A stretch of 64,000 nt of DNA. Origin: Treponema sp. Lineage in GTDB: Bacteria; Spirochaetota; Spirochaetia; Treponematales; Treponemataceae. The translations under genes were made by a program, and so were the position numbers. Position 1 is the stretch's first letter. The number at the start of each line of letters is the position of its first letter. The notes under the pieces are model-generated. The model had not been told where the DNA came from, did not search any database, and saw nothing but the letters and a program-made list of their open reading frames with translations. Shown piece by piece: positions 17,913-27,653 of the stretch. The DNA is taken from positions 71 through 64,070 of the forward strand of contig JBQNBL010000013.1 in the NCBI GenBank assembly GCA_052169955.1. Reading direction: 5' to 3'.

Positions 17913-20759
17913 ATGAAAAATATGATTAAGTTTATGTTTTTGTTGTCTATTTTTTTACTTTTTTCTTGTAAAGATCAAAATAGAAATGAAAGTATTGGTA
18001 ATGCTGACTTAAAGCTATTGAGAGTGTATTATGCTGGTGAGATTATATTAAATAGAAATAATCCAAATGAAACAGAGACTGTTACTACTAAGGATATTAT
18101 TTCTAATGAGCATATGTTAAGGATTTCTGTTGAAGCAAAATCAGAAACGGCAAAGGTTTATTTTGATAGTGATAGTATTTCTTCAGTAAAAAAGGTATAC
18201 CAATCTATACCACTGAATGATAAGGTTAGTATTAAAGTTGAAGATGGTGCAGGTTCTTCAAAAGTAACAAAAATATATGTAATTAATGTAGTTGAAGGTG
18301 GAAATGACAAAATAAGTGGAGAGTTAAAACTACTGAAGGCGTCTTGTGGAGATGATGTTATTGTACACAAAACTAGTGTTAATGATGTGGAAGAAGTTAG
18401 CACAAAAGGAGCTATATCTCCTCAATATAAATTAAAGATAGAAGTAGCCCCAAGATCTAAAACAGCAAAGATTTATTTTGATGATGAGACAGTTCCAAGA
18501 CTTAATAAGATATATGATAGAACACCTAATCATAATAAAGTTAAAATTAAAGTTGAAGATGGTGAAGGTGCTTCAAAGATAGAAAAAGAATACACACTAG
18601 ATATTAAAGAAGGCGCTAACACCCTAAATGCACAGTTAAAAATGCTTAAAATCTTTTTTGATGGTACATTGGTGTTAAATAAAGAAAATGTAGATGATGT
18701 TGAAAGCTTAACTATTTATGAAAACATCACTAATGATAACAAACTAAAAGTGCAAGTTAAGCTAAAGTCTCTTACAGCAAAGGTTTTCTTTGATGGAGAT
18801 TCTTCTCATGCACTTGATAAAACTTATGTAGCTAGTCCGAATGCTAATAAAATTATAATCAAAGTGGAAGATGAAGGGAACAGCCCCGGTAGTATACCTA
18901 AGCAAACAAAGATATATACTGTTAATGTGATAGAAGATGTTTCCAGCGGAATAGTACCAAATGATTCGATTAAATGTAATGTGTCAAGCTTTGTTGGTGG
19001 CACTAATATTTCAGGTTCGACTGTTGATGTATTTAAAGCTGGTAAAGATGTAAAGATTACTTCTGGTACAACAGATGTTGACGGCAACGTCTCTTTTAAG
19101 TTGGCTAGAGGTAGATATTATGACTTTGTAGTGAATAAAGCAGGTTTTGCTTCTTCTCGTGTTGAAAATGTGTATGTGAAAAATGGCACTGGAGTTCAAC
19201 TTTTACCTATAGTCCAAAGAAAAGGAATTGTTGGAAAAAAATCTATAGCACCTCGTATAGTTAAAATAGAACATTTTGTGCGTGCGACTGAAAATAGCAC
19301 TAAAATGTTGGAGCTTGAGGATGTGGTAAATAATTATGAGCTTAATAGCAGTAAGGAAAATAGAAGCTTTGGTGGCTTTTTAGTTACTGTTGCTTCTGAT
19401 TCAGGGGAGATTATTCCTGAAAGGATTGGTACGGAATTAAATTATGGAATTGGTATGAATATTGGTGGAAAGTTTAGTACGCAACAATACGAGTCTCATT
19501 ATTTTCCAATTCGAATATCTGAGAATGGGAATACTATCAATAGGGATCCCTCTACAGGCTCTGTTACGCAAAAGATGGCTTTTGATCTAACAAAAGTGAA
19601 TTTTCCTAGTGATGATGATGGAATTATTTATATTATAGCTTATGACATGGCGGGGAACAGGTGTGAAAGGCATCTTAATGTAAAATTAACTCGTGATGAT
19701 GAAATAGAAGATGATGATAGTGTTTTAATAAGTGCTTTTAAGGTGGTGGTTGAACGCTTTACAGGAGAGTTGGGAACTTTCGGGGTAAATAAACATGATG
19801 GTTTTGCTACTTCGTATAAGACGCAAATTGCTTTTGCTTTTAATAAAGATAATGTTAAACTTTCTAGTGTGGATATTTATAGACGTGAATATACAGGTCA
19901 AACTAACATAAACGCTGATTGGCAAAGAGTGGATAGAAGAGTTTTTATATTACCTAGATTAATTAATAAAAAAGGCACATTTTTTAATGAAGCGGATAAT
20001 AGTCTTACTTTAGAGGAAGGAAAGATTTATCAATATAAGATTTTCGCTTATTTGGATGATGGAGGAAAATTAAAGAAGGTGGTATCTTCTGTTGCTACTA
20101 CTAAGGTTTTACCTGCTTTCAATGTTAAGCTCATTTTTCCTTCTCCTAATGAAGAGGTTGAGTTAAACACTATATTACAAAATGGAATGAAGTTTAAAAT
20201 AAGTAATGGGGAGTGTTGGAAAAAAGAAAATGCTGACTATTTTGTTTTTGGTGTATTGCTACTTGATGTTGAGCATTCAGGTGCTGAAGGAGATGTAAGC
20301 AAGGACAATATACAAAAAAAAGGAGCTCGATTTGCTTCTCGTTTAAGATATAACTTTAATAAAACAGGTAATGAAGTTTTGGAAGTGGGGGATGTTTCTA
20401 ATAATTGGCATACAATAACAGGTGATTCCTCTGATCTTTTTGAATATAATGCTGGGGAGATAACACTTAAAAAAGCATTTTTTGAAAATGGTGCTAATAA
20501 TTTGATAGAAGGAAAGAAATTAAGTGAAGTTTTAAAAGTTGGCGAGGTGTATTATTGGGATGTGCAAGATTGGGGTAAGAATGCATTGCTTGTAAAAGAT
20601 GATTCTCCTGCGTATTTTATGAAAGAGTGGAAGTTAAAAGATTCACAAACAGGAGATGAACTTCAAGGTCAAGGTAAGATTTCATTTGCAGTTTCTGCCG
20701 GTAATTTGTTAAAAGGAGCCAATGCATTAAATGGGCGTGCTTTATTTACAATAAAATGA
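17913..20759 (+). CDS. PrcA-like (dentilisin-complex subunit-like) lipoprotein with three N-terminal ~105-aa repeats
   Basis: Lipobox LLFSC; C-terminal ~600 aa with YDF..K.G.ASS, AYDMAGNRCE, DNSLTLEEGKIYQYK and ADYFVFGVLLLD, recalling treponemal PrcA. Confidence 0.65.
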   Translation: MKNMIKFMFLLSIFLLFSCKDQNRNESIGNADLKLLRVYYAGEIILNRNNPNETETVTTKDIISNEHMLRISVEAKSETAKVYFDSDSISSVKKVYQSIPLNDKVSIKVEDGAGSSKVTKIYVINVVEGGNDKISGELKLLKASCGDDVIVHKTSVNDVEEVSTKGAISPQYKLKIEVAPRSKTAKIYFDDETVPRLNKIYDRTPNHNKVKIKVEDGEGASKIEKEYTLDIKEGANTLNAQLKMLKIFFDGTLVLNKENVDDVESLTIYENITNDNKLKVQVKLKSLTAKVFFDGDSSHALDKTYVASPNANKIIIKVEDEGNSPGSIPKQTKIYTVNVIEDVSSGIVPNDSIKCNVSSFVGGTNISGSTVDVFKAGKDVKITSGTTDVDGNVSFKLARGRYYDFVVNKAGFASSRVENVYVKNGTGVQLLPIVQRKGIVGKKSIAPRIVKIEHFVRATENSTKMLELEDVVNNYELNSSKENRSFGGFLVTVASDSGEIIPERIGTELNYGIGMNIGGKFSTQQYESHYFPIRISENGNTINRDPSTGSVTQKMAFDLTKVNFPSDDDGIIYIIAYDMAGNRCERHLNVKLTRDDEIEDDDSVLISAFKVVVERFTGELGTFGVNKHDGFATSYKTQIAFAFNKDNVKLSSVDIYRREYTGQTNINADWQRVDRRVFILPRLINKKGTFFNEADNSLTLEEGKIYQYKIFAYLDDGGKLKKVVSSVATTKVLPAFNVKLIFPSPNEEVELNTILQNGMKFKISNGECWKKENADYFVFGVLLLDVEHSGAEGDVSKDNIQKKGARFASRLRYNFNKTGNEVLEVGDVSNNWHTITGDSSDLFEYNAGEITLKKAFFENGANNLIEGKKLSEVLKVGEVYYWDVQDWGKNALLVKDDSPAYFMKEWKLKDSQTGDELQGQGKISFAVSAGNLLKGANALNGRALFTIK
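18009..18938 (+). repeat. three tandem ~105-aa beta-sandwich-like protein repeats
   Basis: LKLL/LKML starts at 18009, 18324, 18636; each has KS.TAK(V/I)(Y/F)FD...K(V/I).IKVED...K.Y. Confidence 0.85.
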
Positions 20760-20844
20760 TAAATCTTATAAGATATCATGGTAATTTTTGAGAAAACGTT
20801 AATACTTGACGATAGGTAGAATATCCCATAAACTATAAGCGTTT

Positions 20845-21228
20845 ATGCAATATTTTCTCATTTTGGCTTTTTATGTTTTAGCACTTATATTAGATAGTAT
20901 GAGAGCGTTTTATTTTTCTTTTTTAATGTTTAACTCTAACATACTATCTTTTTACTCTTATGCTGTGTCGTCTTTTTTTTCTCTTTCACCAATACTTTGG
21001 TTTACTTTGATAACAGGCGAAAAAAGGTATGTTAGGAATCTGAAATCTATATCAGTAGTCAAGTTCTTGTCAATATTATCTAGTTTTTTGTTTCTTGTGG
21101 ATATATTAAGAAAAAGTGATATATCTCCTCTTAGTCAAAGTATGGGAGTATATGTGTTTTTTTTCTTGTGTGTAGATTTTATAATGTTGATTTTTTCCGT
21201 GTTTAGGGAGGTTAGCCTGTGCAAATAA
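20845..21228 (+). CDS. membrane protein, unknown function
   Basis: 127-aa hydrophobic ORF overlapping the next gene. Confidence 0.65.
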   Translation: MQYFLILAFYVLALILDSMRAFYFSFLMFNSNILSFYSYAVSSFFSLSPILWFTLITGEKRYVRNLKSISVVKFLSILSSFLFLVDILRKSDISPLSQSMGVYVFFFLCVDFIMLIFSVFREVSLCK

Positions 21229-22364
21229 TACCTGTTGCAGGAGGTAAGGGGGGCGTTGGAAAGAGCTTAATGGCGGCCAATCTAGCTATTGCTTTAGCCC
21301 AAGCTGGTAAAAAGACCTACCTAATTGATATGGATTTGGGAGCTTCTAATCTTCATCTGATTTTAGGTGAGTATGGAGCAAAAAAAGGTATAGGTACATT
21401 TTTATCTAAATCTTCTGCATTTGAAGAGATTATAATAAAAACACAGTATGATAACTTGTTTTTTATTCCAGGTGACTCTGAAATACCCGGATATGCTGCA
21501 TTACGGGCAAAGCATAGGAATGCTTTGGCTAAAGAGTTTATTAAGCTAAATGCAGATTTTATTATCATAGATTTGGGAGCTGGAACTCATGTTGGGGTAT
21601 TAGACTTTTTTTTGCTTTCTGCACGTGGAATAGTGGTTACAACTCCTTCAGTTACAGCAACTCTTGATGCTTATATTTTCTTAAAAAATGTTATTTTTCG
21701 AATGATGACCGTAGCTTTTCCAACTGGCTCTAAGGGAGCTGTCTTTTTGGAAAATTTAAGAAAAGATGCTACTTCAATGCAGATGATGTATATCCCTAAA
21801 ATTACTGAGCAACTAAAAGATATAGATAAAGAAAATGCAAGTATTTTTGTAAGACGTTTGGAAAGGTTTAAGCCTCGTCTCATAATGAACATGATTGATG
21901 ACCCAAAAGACACAGACAAGGCACTTAAAATTAGAAGATCATGTAGGCAGTATTTAGATATAGATTTAGAGCATTTGGGGGTAGTTTATAGAGATTCTAT
22001 TCAAGATGTAGCTCTCTCTTCAAAACTTCCAGTTTTGATTTATAAACCTCAGTCCATGGTATCACAAGCTATATATCGTATTGCAGAGAAAGTTATTGCA
22101 TCAGTACTTCCATCTGATTTTGATTCTGATGATTTTGCCTCTTTTGCAGATGAAACATTTGAAAATGCGGAGGCAGAAGCTCAGTTTGACTATAAGAATA
22201 GGATGGATTACATAACAGAATTGGTTGGTGGAGAATCATTGACCGCAGGAGATTTAGCGGAAATGGTGAAAACTCAACAGTTTGAAATTTCAATATTAAA
22301 GAAAGAAAATATGCTATTAAAACACAAAATCAAAAAAGCTATTGAACAAGGTTTTAAGGTATAA
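21219..22364 (+). CDS. MinD/FlhG/ParA-family P-loop ATPase
   Basis: Deviant Walker A GGKGGVGKS, DMDLGASNL, DLGAG; C-terminal coiled coil. Confidence 0.9.
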   Translation: MQIIPVAGGKGGVGKSLMAANLAIALAQAGKKTYLIDMDLGASNLHLILGEYGAKKGIGTFLSKSSAFEEIIIKTQYDNLFFIPGDSEIPGYAALRAKHRNALAKEFIKLNADFIIIDLGAGTHVGVLDFFLLSARGIVVTTPSVTATLDAYIFLKNVIFRMMTVAFPTGSKGAVFLENLRKDATSMQMMYIPKITEQLKDIDKENASIFVRRLERFKPRLIMNMIDDPKDTDKALKIRRSCRQYLDIDLEHLGVVYRDSIQDVALSSKLPVLIYKPQSMVSQAIYRIAEKVIASVLPSDFDSDDFASFADETFENAEAEAQFDYKNRMDYITELVGGESLTAGDLAEMVKTQQFEISILKKENMLLKHKIKKAIEQGFKV

Positions 22365-22385
22365 AAATAAGGAGAAGTATCCAAA

Positions 22386-24560
22386 ATGGCTAACAATTGG
22401 TCTATAGAACATAATGATGATATTAATAAGTGGTATCTAACTTTCTTTTCTAGTATAGAAGAGGCAAAGCCAGATGTTGAGGATATTTATCTAGAGATTA
22501 AAAGAAAAGGTATAGATATTAGAACTATTATTTCAAAGCAAAAGATTCAAGACTATATTAGCCAAGAAGCAAAAATGCCCACAGTGCCTGCTCCTTTATT
22601 GTTGCAACTTGATCCTTCTTTTGATGTGAGAGTAATAGTTTCAAATGATAAACTTTCTGCAAAACTTTATGTTAGAAAAGCATATGATATTTCTCAAAGC
22701 CTACCAATGAATATTATTTTGCGTTCCCTACAAAATTCAAAGATTAAAGATTTGAATATGTCGGATATAAACTCAGTTTTAGCTCAATTTGATTCTTCTA
22801 GCAATATGGAACTAGAAGTTTCTATTAAAACTGGTGTAGCTCCTAAAAGAGGTAAGGATAGGACTTTAATTCCACATTTTACCCCATTACAAGAACATGA
22901 AATTGCTCGTATTACAGAGCGCCTTAGAGACCCCAAATATCGAAAAGAAGGAGAAATATCTCCAGATGATGATTTAGAGTTTCCGCTTTCTCAAGCTGAG
23001 CAATTCGCTTATGTTGAAGTTGATACTGTTGTCTATGATATTTCACAATCAGAGGCTGGAGAAGCTGGAGTTGATGTTTATGGAAATAAGGTTGAAGGCT
23101 TACCGGGCAACATGCCATTTGTTGTGGATTCTAGAAATATAGTTCAACTAGGAGATGAGTTTAGAGCAAACACTACAGGTATTTTAATTACAAAGCAGGA
23201 AAATACAAACTTAAAAATGCGCATAATTCCTTATAAAAATGCAAAAGTTAAGGCTGTTGTTAGTAAGGATAAAATGTCTGCTGTTCTTATTCTTGAAAAT
23301 GGAGCTGGAGCAGGGGAAGAATTGTCGATTAACTTAATTAAAACAGCCTTAAATGAAGCAGGACTTCTTGAGGTAACTCCTAATAATAAGATTGAAGAAG
23401 CGATAAAGGATGCAAAACGTTATGAAGAGACTGAATTTCCTTTGTTAAAAGGTGTTGAACCCATAGGTCCTGGTTCTTATCTTTTGGATTGGAAGATTAC
23501 TTTTAGTGAAGATGCTACAGTAGCTACTGTGCAAGAAGGAGATTTAGTTCTTGAAGGCACAAAGCTTAGCAAGGGGCAGGAAGGAAAAGATGTTTTTGGT
23601 AAAGTAATTAAGCAAAAGGCTATTCACGAATTTCCAATTCCTGAGGCAGATGATACTTTAAGATTGGATGAAAGTGGTGGCACGACTAAGTTTTATGCAC
23701 TTATTTCTGGTGAATTAAGCTATGTTGATAATAAATTGAGTATAGCTTCCACAAAGACTATAGAAGGAGATGTTGATACTCCTAATCAGAAGATTACATT
23801 TCCGGGTGATATTGTGGTTACAGGTGATGTTGGGGATGAGGTTACTATTAAGGCAAAAGGTAATTTGACTTGCAAGGGAGATGTTGCAATTTGTTTGTTG
23901 TATTCTGAAATTGTTTTACGTCTTGAAGGTGGCATGAAAGGCAGGGGACGTGGTACTTTGTGGTCAAAAGGAAATATGTTTGTTGGCTTTTGCGAAGGAG
24001 CTAAGGTTTTTGCTGGTGGAAATGTAAATATTTCTGAGTATTGTTTTATGTGTGTTGTAAAAACTAATGGACTTCTTTCAGTGCAAGGACATCATGGAGC
24101 TTTAATAGGTGGTAGTATTCATGCAGCTCGAGGATGTGTTGTTAGAAATTTAGGAGCTGAAAAGAGCATTCGTACCGTTATTTCTTTTGGTCAAGATTAT
24201 CTTATTAAAGATGAAATTGAAGTACATGAAAAAGAAATTGAAGAAAATACTCGTTCTATTAAAAACTTTGATGAAAAATTACAAAATGGAAACATGAAAG
24301 AAATGGAAATTGATGAGATAAGAAAAAATAAAGTTAAGCTTATAAAGCGTAATTCTGCATTGCAATTACGAATATTCAATTTAAAAGAAAACTTTGAATT
24401 TCATATTCCTTCATCAATCAAAGTTTTAGGAACTATTTATCCAGGTGTTGTACTTGAAAGCCATGGACGTTATTTTGAAATTTTTGAAAAACAATCGAAT
24501 GTTGAGTTTAAATTTGATGAAGTTAATGGAAATATTGTTTGTAATCCTATAGAAGAATGA
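22386..24560 (+). CDS. FapA (DUF342) family protein with a duplicated N-terminal module
   Basis: VSNDKLSA/VSKDKMSA and GVDVYG/GKDVFG repeats, followed by beta-helix-like GDV repeats and YPGV. Confidence 0.8.
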   Translation: MANNWSIEHNDDINKWYLTFFSSIEEAKPDVEDIYLEIKRKGIDIRTIISKQKIQDYISQEAKMPTVPAPLLLQLDPSFDVRVIVSNDKLSAKLYVRKAYDISQSLPMNIILRSLQNSKIKDLNMSDINSVLAQFDSSSNMELEVSIKTGVAPKRGKDRTLIPHFTPLQEHEIARITERLRDPKYRKEGEISPDDDLEFPLSQAEQFAYVEVDTVVYDISQSEAGEAGVDVYGNKVEGLPGNMPFVVDSRNIVQLGDEFRANTTGILITKQENTNLKMRIIPYKNAKVKAVVSKDKMSAVLILENGAGAGEELSINLIKTALNEAGLLEVTPNNKIEEAIKDAKRYEETEFPLLKGVEPIGPGSYLLDWKITFSEDATVATVQEGDLVLEGTKLSKGQEGKDVFGKVIKQKAIHEFPIPEADDTLRLDESGGTTKFYALISGELSYVDNKLSIASTKTIEGDVDTPNQKITFPGDIVVTGDVGDEVTIKAKGNLTCKGDVAICLLYSEIVLRLEGGMKGRGRGTLWSKGNMFVGFCEGAKVFAGGNVNISEYCFMCVVKTNGLLSVQGHHGALIGGSIHAARGCVVRNLGAEKSIRTVISFGQDYLIKDEIEVHEKEIEENTRSIKNFDEKLQNGNMKEMEIDEIRKNKVKLIKRNSALQLRIFNLKENFEFHIPSSIKVLGTIYPGVVLESHGRYFEIFEKQSNVEFKFDEVNGNIVCNPIEE

Positions 24561-24572
24561 TGGTGGATTTTT

Positions 24573-25565
24573 ATGCTTTTATATATTGATTATCCTTCGT
24601 GGCTACGTCCCGAAATTATTCCGGGGTTTAAGTATTTGAGATGGTATGGTTTGATGTATCTAGTAGCTTTTTTTATTGCCTACCTTTTTTTTAAATATCA
24701 AGTGAAAAAAGGTGAGGTTGTAAGTTTATGTAAGCAAAAAAAAGATATGACGCTAGATGATATTTCAAACGTTTTTATGTATGGCATTATAGGACTTTTA
24801 CTTGGTGCTAGGATTTTTGGCACTATTGTGTACAATGCACCGTACTATCTTACACGACCTCATTTAATTTTTTGGCCATTTGCTAGTGCTGGGGGAAAGC
24901 TTGAATTTACCGGTTTTCAAGGAATGTCATATCATGGTGGTTTTATAGGCGGATTTTTTGGAGTGTTGCTTTGGTGTAAGCTAAACAAGTTTGATTTCCT
25001 TGCAATTGCCGACATAATGACGCTTTCGATTCCATTTGGCTATACTTTTGGAAGACTTGGTAATTTTGCTAATGGGGAGCTTTATGGCCGTATAACTACA
25101 AGTGGAATCGGAATGGTTTTTCCACAAGTACCAATGCAGGAACGTTTTGATGCTAGCTTAGACTGGGTTAGAGATTTTGCCTTGAAGCTTGGAATTACAA
25201 TACAGGAGGGGGCTAAAGTTGTTAATTTACCACGTCATCCTAGTCAGTTATATGAAGCTTTGTTTGAAGGTGTTGTATTAGGCTTAATTCTTTTTGTTTT
25301 GAGAAAGAAAAAACCTTTTAATGGTTTTATCACTTGTCTTTATGCTTTTGGTTATGGCTTTTTTAGGTTTATGATTGAGTATTTTAGACAACCAGATGCT
25401 GACTTAGGATATATCATTAATGGAACAGGAAGTTCTAATATCTATGTTTATGAATCGTGGAAAAATCTTTCTATGGGACATGTGTTGTGCCTTACTATGA
25501 TGATTCTTTCATTGGTTTCATTAGCTTTTCTTTTTTATAAAAAGCGTTTGTCAGAAAATAAGTGA
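24573..25565 (+). CDS. lgt: prolipoprotein diacylglyceryl transferase
   Basis: RWYGLMY, GMSYHGG, GRLGNFANGELYGR, RHPSQLYEA, RFMIEYFR. Confidence 0.97.
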   Translation: MLLYIDYPSWLRPEIIPGFKYLRWYGLMYLVAFFIAYLFFKYQVKKGEVVSLCKQKKDMTLDDISNVFMYGIIGLLLGARIFGTIVYNAPYYLTRPHLIFWPFASAGGKLEFTGFQGMSYHGGFIGGFFGVLLWCKLNKFDFLAIADIMTLSIPFGYTFGRLGNFANGELYGRITTSGIGMVFPQVPMQERFDASLDWVRDFALKLGITIQEGAKVVNLPRHPSQLYEALFEGVVLGLILFVLRKKKPFNGFITCLYAFGYGFFRFMIEYFRQPDADLGYIINGTGSSNIYVYESWKNLSMGHVLCLTMMILSLVSLAFLFYKKRLSENK

Positions 25566-27466
25566 ACAAAAAAATAATTTATGAAACTCATAAAGAAGGT
25601 ATAGATGAGTTTTCTTTTATCCGACTTGCTAGTTTTTCTGTTGATGTTTCTATAGGGGACGTTTGGGGAAATGCAGAAAAGATTGTAAAATGTGCTGAAA
25701 AAGCTTCACTTCTTAATTGTAACATAGTTTCTTTTCAAGCTCTAGTTTTGACTGGTTCTGCTTGTGGTTCTCTTTTTCTTGATAACTTTTTTCTTGAAAA
25801 TGCAAAAAAAGCTCTTTTCTATGTTGCAGAAAAAACAAAACAATTTTCTTCTATTTTTTTTGTAGGACTTCCAATAAAACAAGATGGACTTCTTTATAAT
25901 GCTGTATCTTGTATATATAAGGGAACTATTCTTTTTATAAATGTCTTGACTCCAGTTAATTTACAGTTTTTTAATGAATATAAAGGAGATAGAAAAAGGC
26001 TAGAAAAAGATATTTTATTCGCAAGTAATATAGTTTTAAGGCTTAAAACTATCTCAGGGCTTGCTGTTAGTTTGCAATGTATTAGTGGAGAGTGTTTATT
26101 TGATAGTGATGGGATAGCTGGAATTGAAATTGTCTTTTCAAATATTTCTAGTAAAGCAGGTTATGATGAACTTGGTCTTTATTCCAATATTTCAAACATA
26201 AGAAAAAATGCTATTCTTATTTCTTCTCCATCAATAACAGAAACCAATGAACAAAGTGTATATTCTTCTTTTACTGCCATCCTTGAAAAAGGAGAGGTGC
26301 TAGATCATCATTCAATATTTAATGAAGGCTTTTCTTATGCAGATGTTGATGTAGAGTTATTGTCTTCAAATGTAGAGGGAAAAGAAGATGTATTGCTTGA
26401 GATAAAAGATTTTGCAAGCATAGAAGAACTTAAAAGGCCAATATCCCCCCTTCCATTTATTTCTTTTTTGCCTCCTTTAAGAGAAAAGATTACTAGTTAT
26501 ATTTTTTCTCTTTTTACATTGCAGGTTAAAGCTATAAATGTACGTCTAAAAAGTATTGGAATAGAAAAGATTGTTTTAGGCGTTTCTGGTGGGCTTGATT
26601 CTACTATGGCACTTTTATTCTGCATTGCTTCTTTTAGAAACTGTCTTTTGCCAATTGATAATATACATTGCTTTACATTGCCATGTTTTGGTACTACAGA
26701 ACATACAAAATCAAATGCTATTTCTCTTTGTGAAGTTTTGCATTGTAGTATAGAAGAAATTTCTATTAAAGATTCTGTCTTGCAACATTTCAAAGACATA
26801 GGTCAAGATGATGCTTGTTTTGATGTAACTTTTGAAAATGCACAAGCTAGGGAAAGAACGCAAGTTCTTATGGATAAAGCAAACCAGTTAGGTGCTATTG
26901 TGCTAGGTTCTTCTGACCTTTCTGAAATTGCTTTAGGATTTTCCACTTATAATGGAGATCATATGGCTATGTATAATATAAATGCTGCAATTCCTAAAAC
27001 AATTTTAAGACTTTGCTTAGAATATGCTATTGAGCACCCTGATCTTTTTTTAGTAGAAGATGAAAATAAAAAGGCTTTTCAAAACATACTTTCTTCTATA
27101 CTTAATACTCCCATATCTCCTGAATTATTGCCAGCAAGAGATGGAAAAATAACACAAAAAACAGAAGAGATTTTAGGCTCTTATGAGCTACAAGATTTTT
27201 TTATATATCATATTTGTTTTAATCACTATCCTCCAAAAAAAGTCCTAGTTCTTAGTAAGAAAGTTTTTCCTAAACTTTCTTATAGTGAAATATCTACTTC
27301 ACTATCTTCATTTTATAGGCGTTTTTTTAAAAGCCAATTTAAAAGAAATTGTTCTCCCGAAGGAATAAATGCAACAGGTTTTTCACTTTCTAGTTGGAAG
27401 ATGCCTTCTAATGTTTCTGGGCTCTCCTTTTTTTATGAAAATACTAAAAACTATTTAGATAATTAG
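25562..27466 (+). CDS. nadE: NAD+ synthetase, two-domain type with a degenerate glutaminase domain
   Basis: GVSGGLDST, ENAQARERT, DLSEIALGFSTYNGDH, PISPELLP, SQFKR. Confidence 0.92.
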   Translation: MNKKIIYETHKEGIDEFSFIRLASFSVDVSIGDVWGNAEKIVKCAEKASLLNCNIVSFQALVLTGSACGSLFLDNFFLENAKKALFYVAEKTKQFSSIFFVGLPIKQDGLLYNAVSCIYKGTILFINVLTPVNLQFFNEYKGDRKRLEKDILFASNIVLRLKTISGLAVSLQCISGECLFDSDGIAGIEIVFSNISSKAGYDELGLYSNISNIRKNAILISSPSITETNEQSVYSSFTAILEKGEVLDHHSIFNEGFSYADVDVELLSSNVEGKEDVLLEIKDFASIEELKRPISPLPFISFLPPLREKITSYIFSLFTLQVKAINVRLKSIGIEKIVLGVSGGLDSTMALLFCIASFRNCLLPIDNIHCFTLPCFGTTEHTKSNAISLCEVLHCSIEEISIKDSVLQHFKDIGQDDACFDVTFENAQARERTQVLMDKANQLGAIVLGSSDLSEIALGFSTYNGDHMAMYNINAAIPKTILRLCLEYAIEHPDLFLVEDENKKAFQNILSSILNTPISPELLPARDGKITQKTEEILGSYELQDFFIYHICFNHYPPKKVLVLSKKVFPKLSYSEISTSLSSFYRRFFKSQFKRNCSPEGINATGFSLSSWKMPSNVSGLSFFYENTKNYLDN

Positions 27467-27653
27467 GCTCTATTATTGATTTTTTATGTAAGGATTAAAA
27501 ACTTAAGTTTATAAATGTTGCCCTGGTCGAATTATATACTTGAAAAATACCTTTGCTTTATATAATATTGACTTCAACTTATTCCTTTAATAATGAAAAA
27601 ACATTAATGGATTAAGAATAAAGCTAATAGGCTTAAAAATTAGGAGAGATGGT

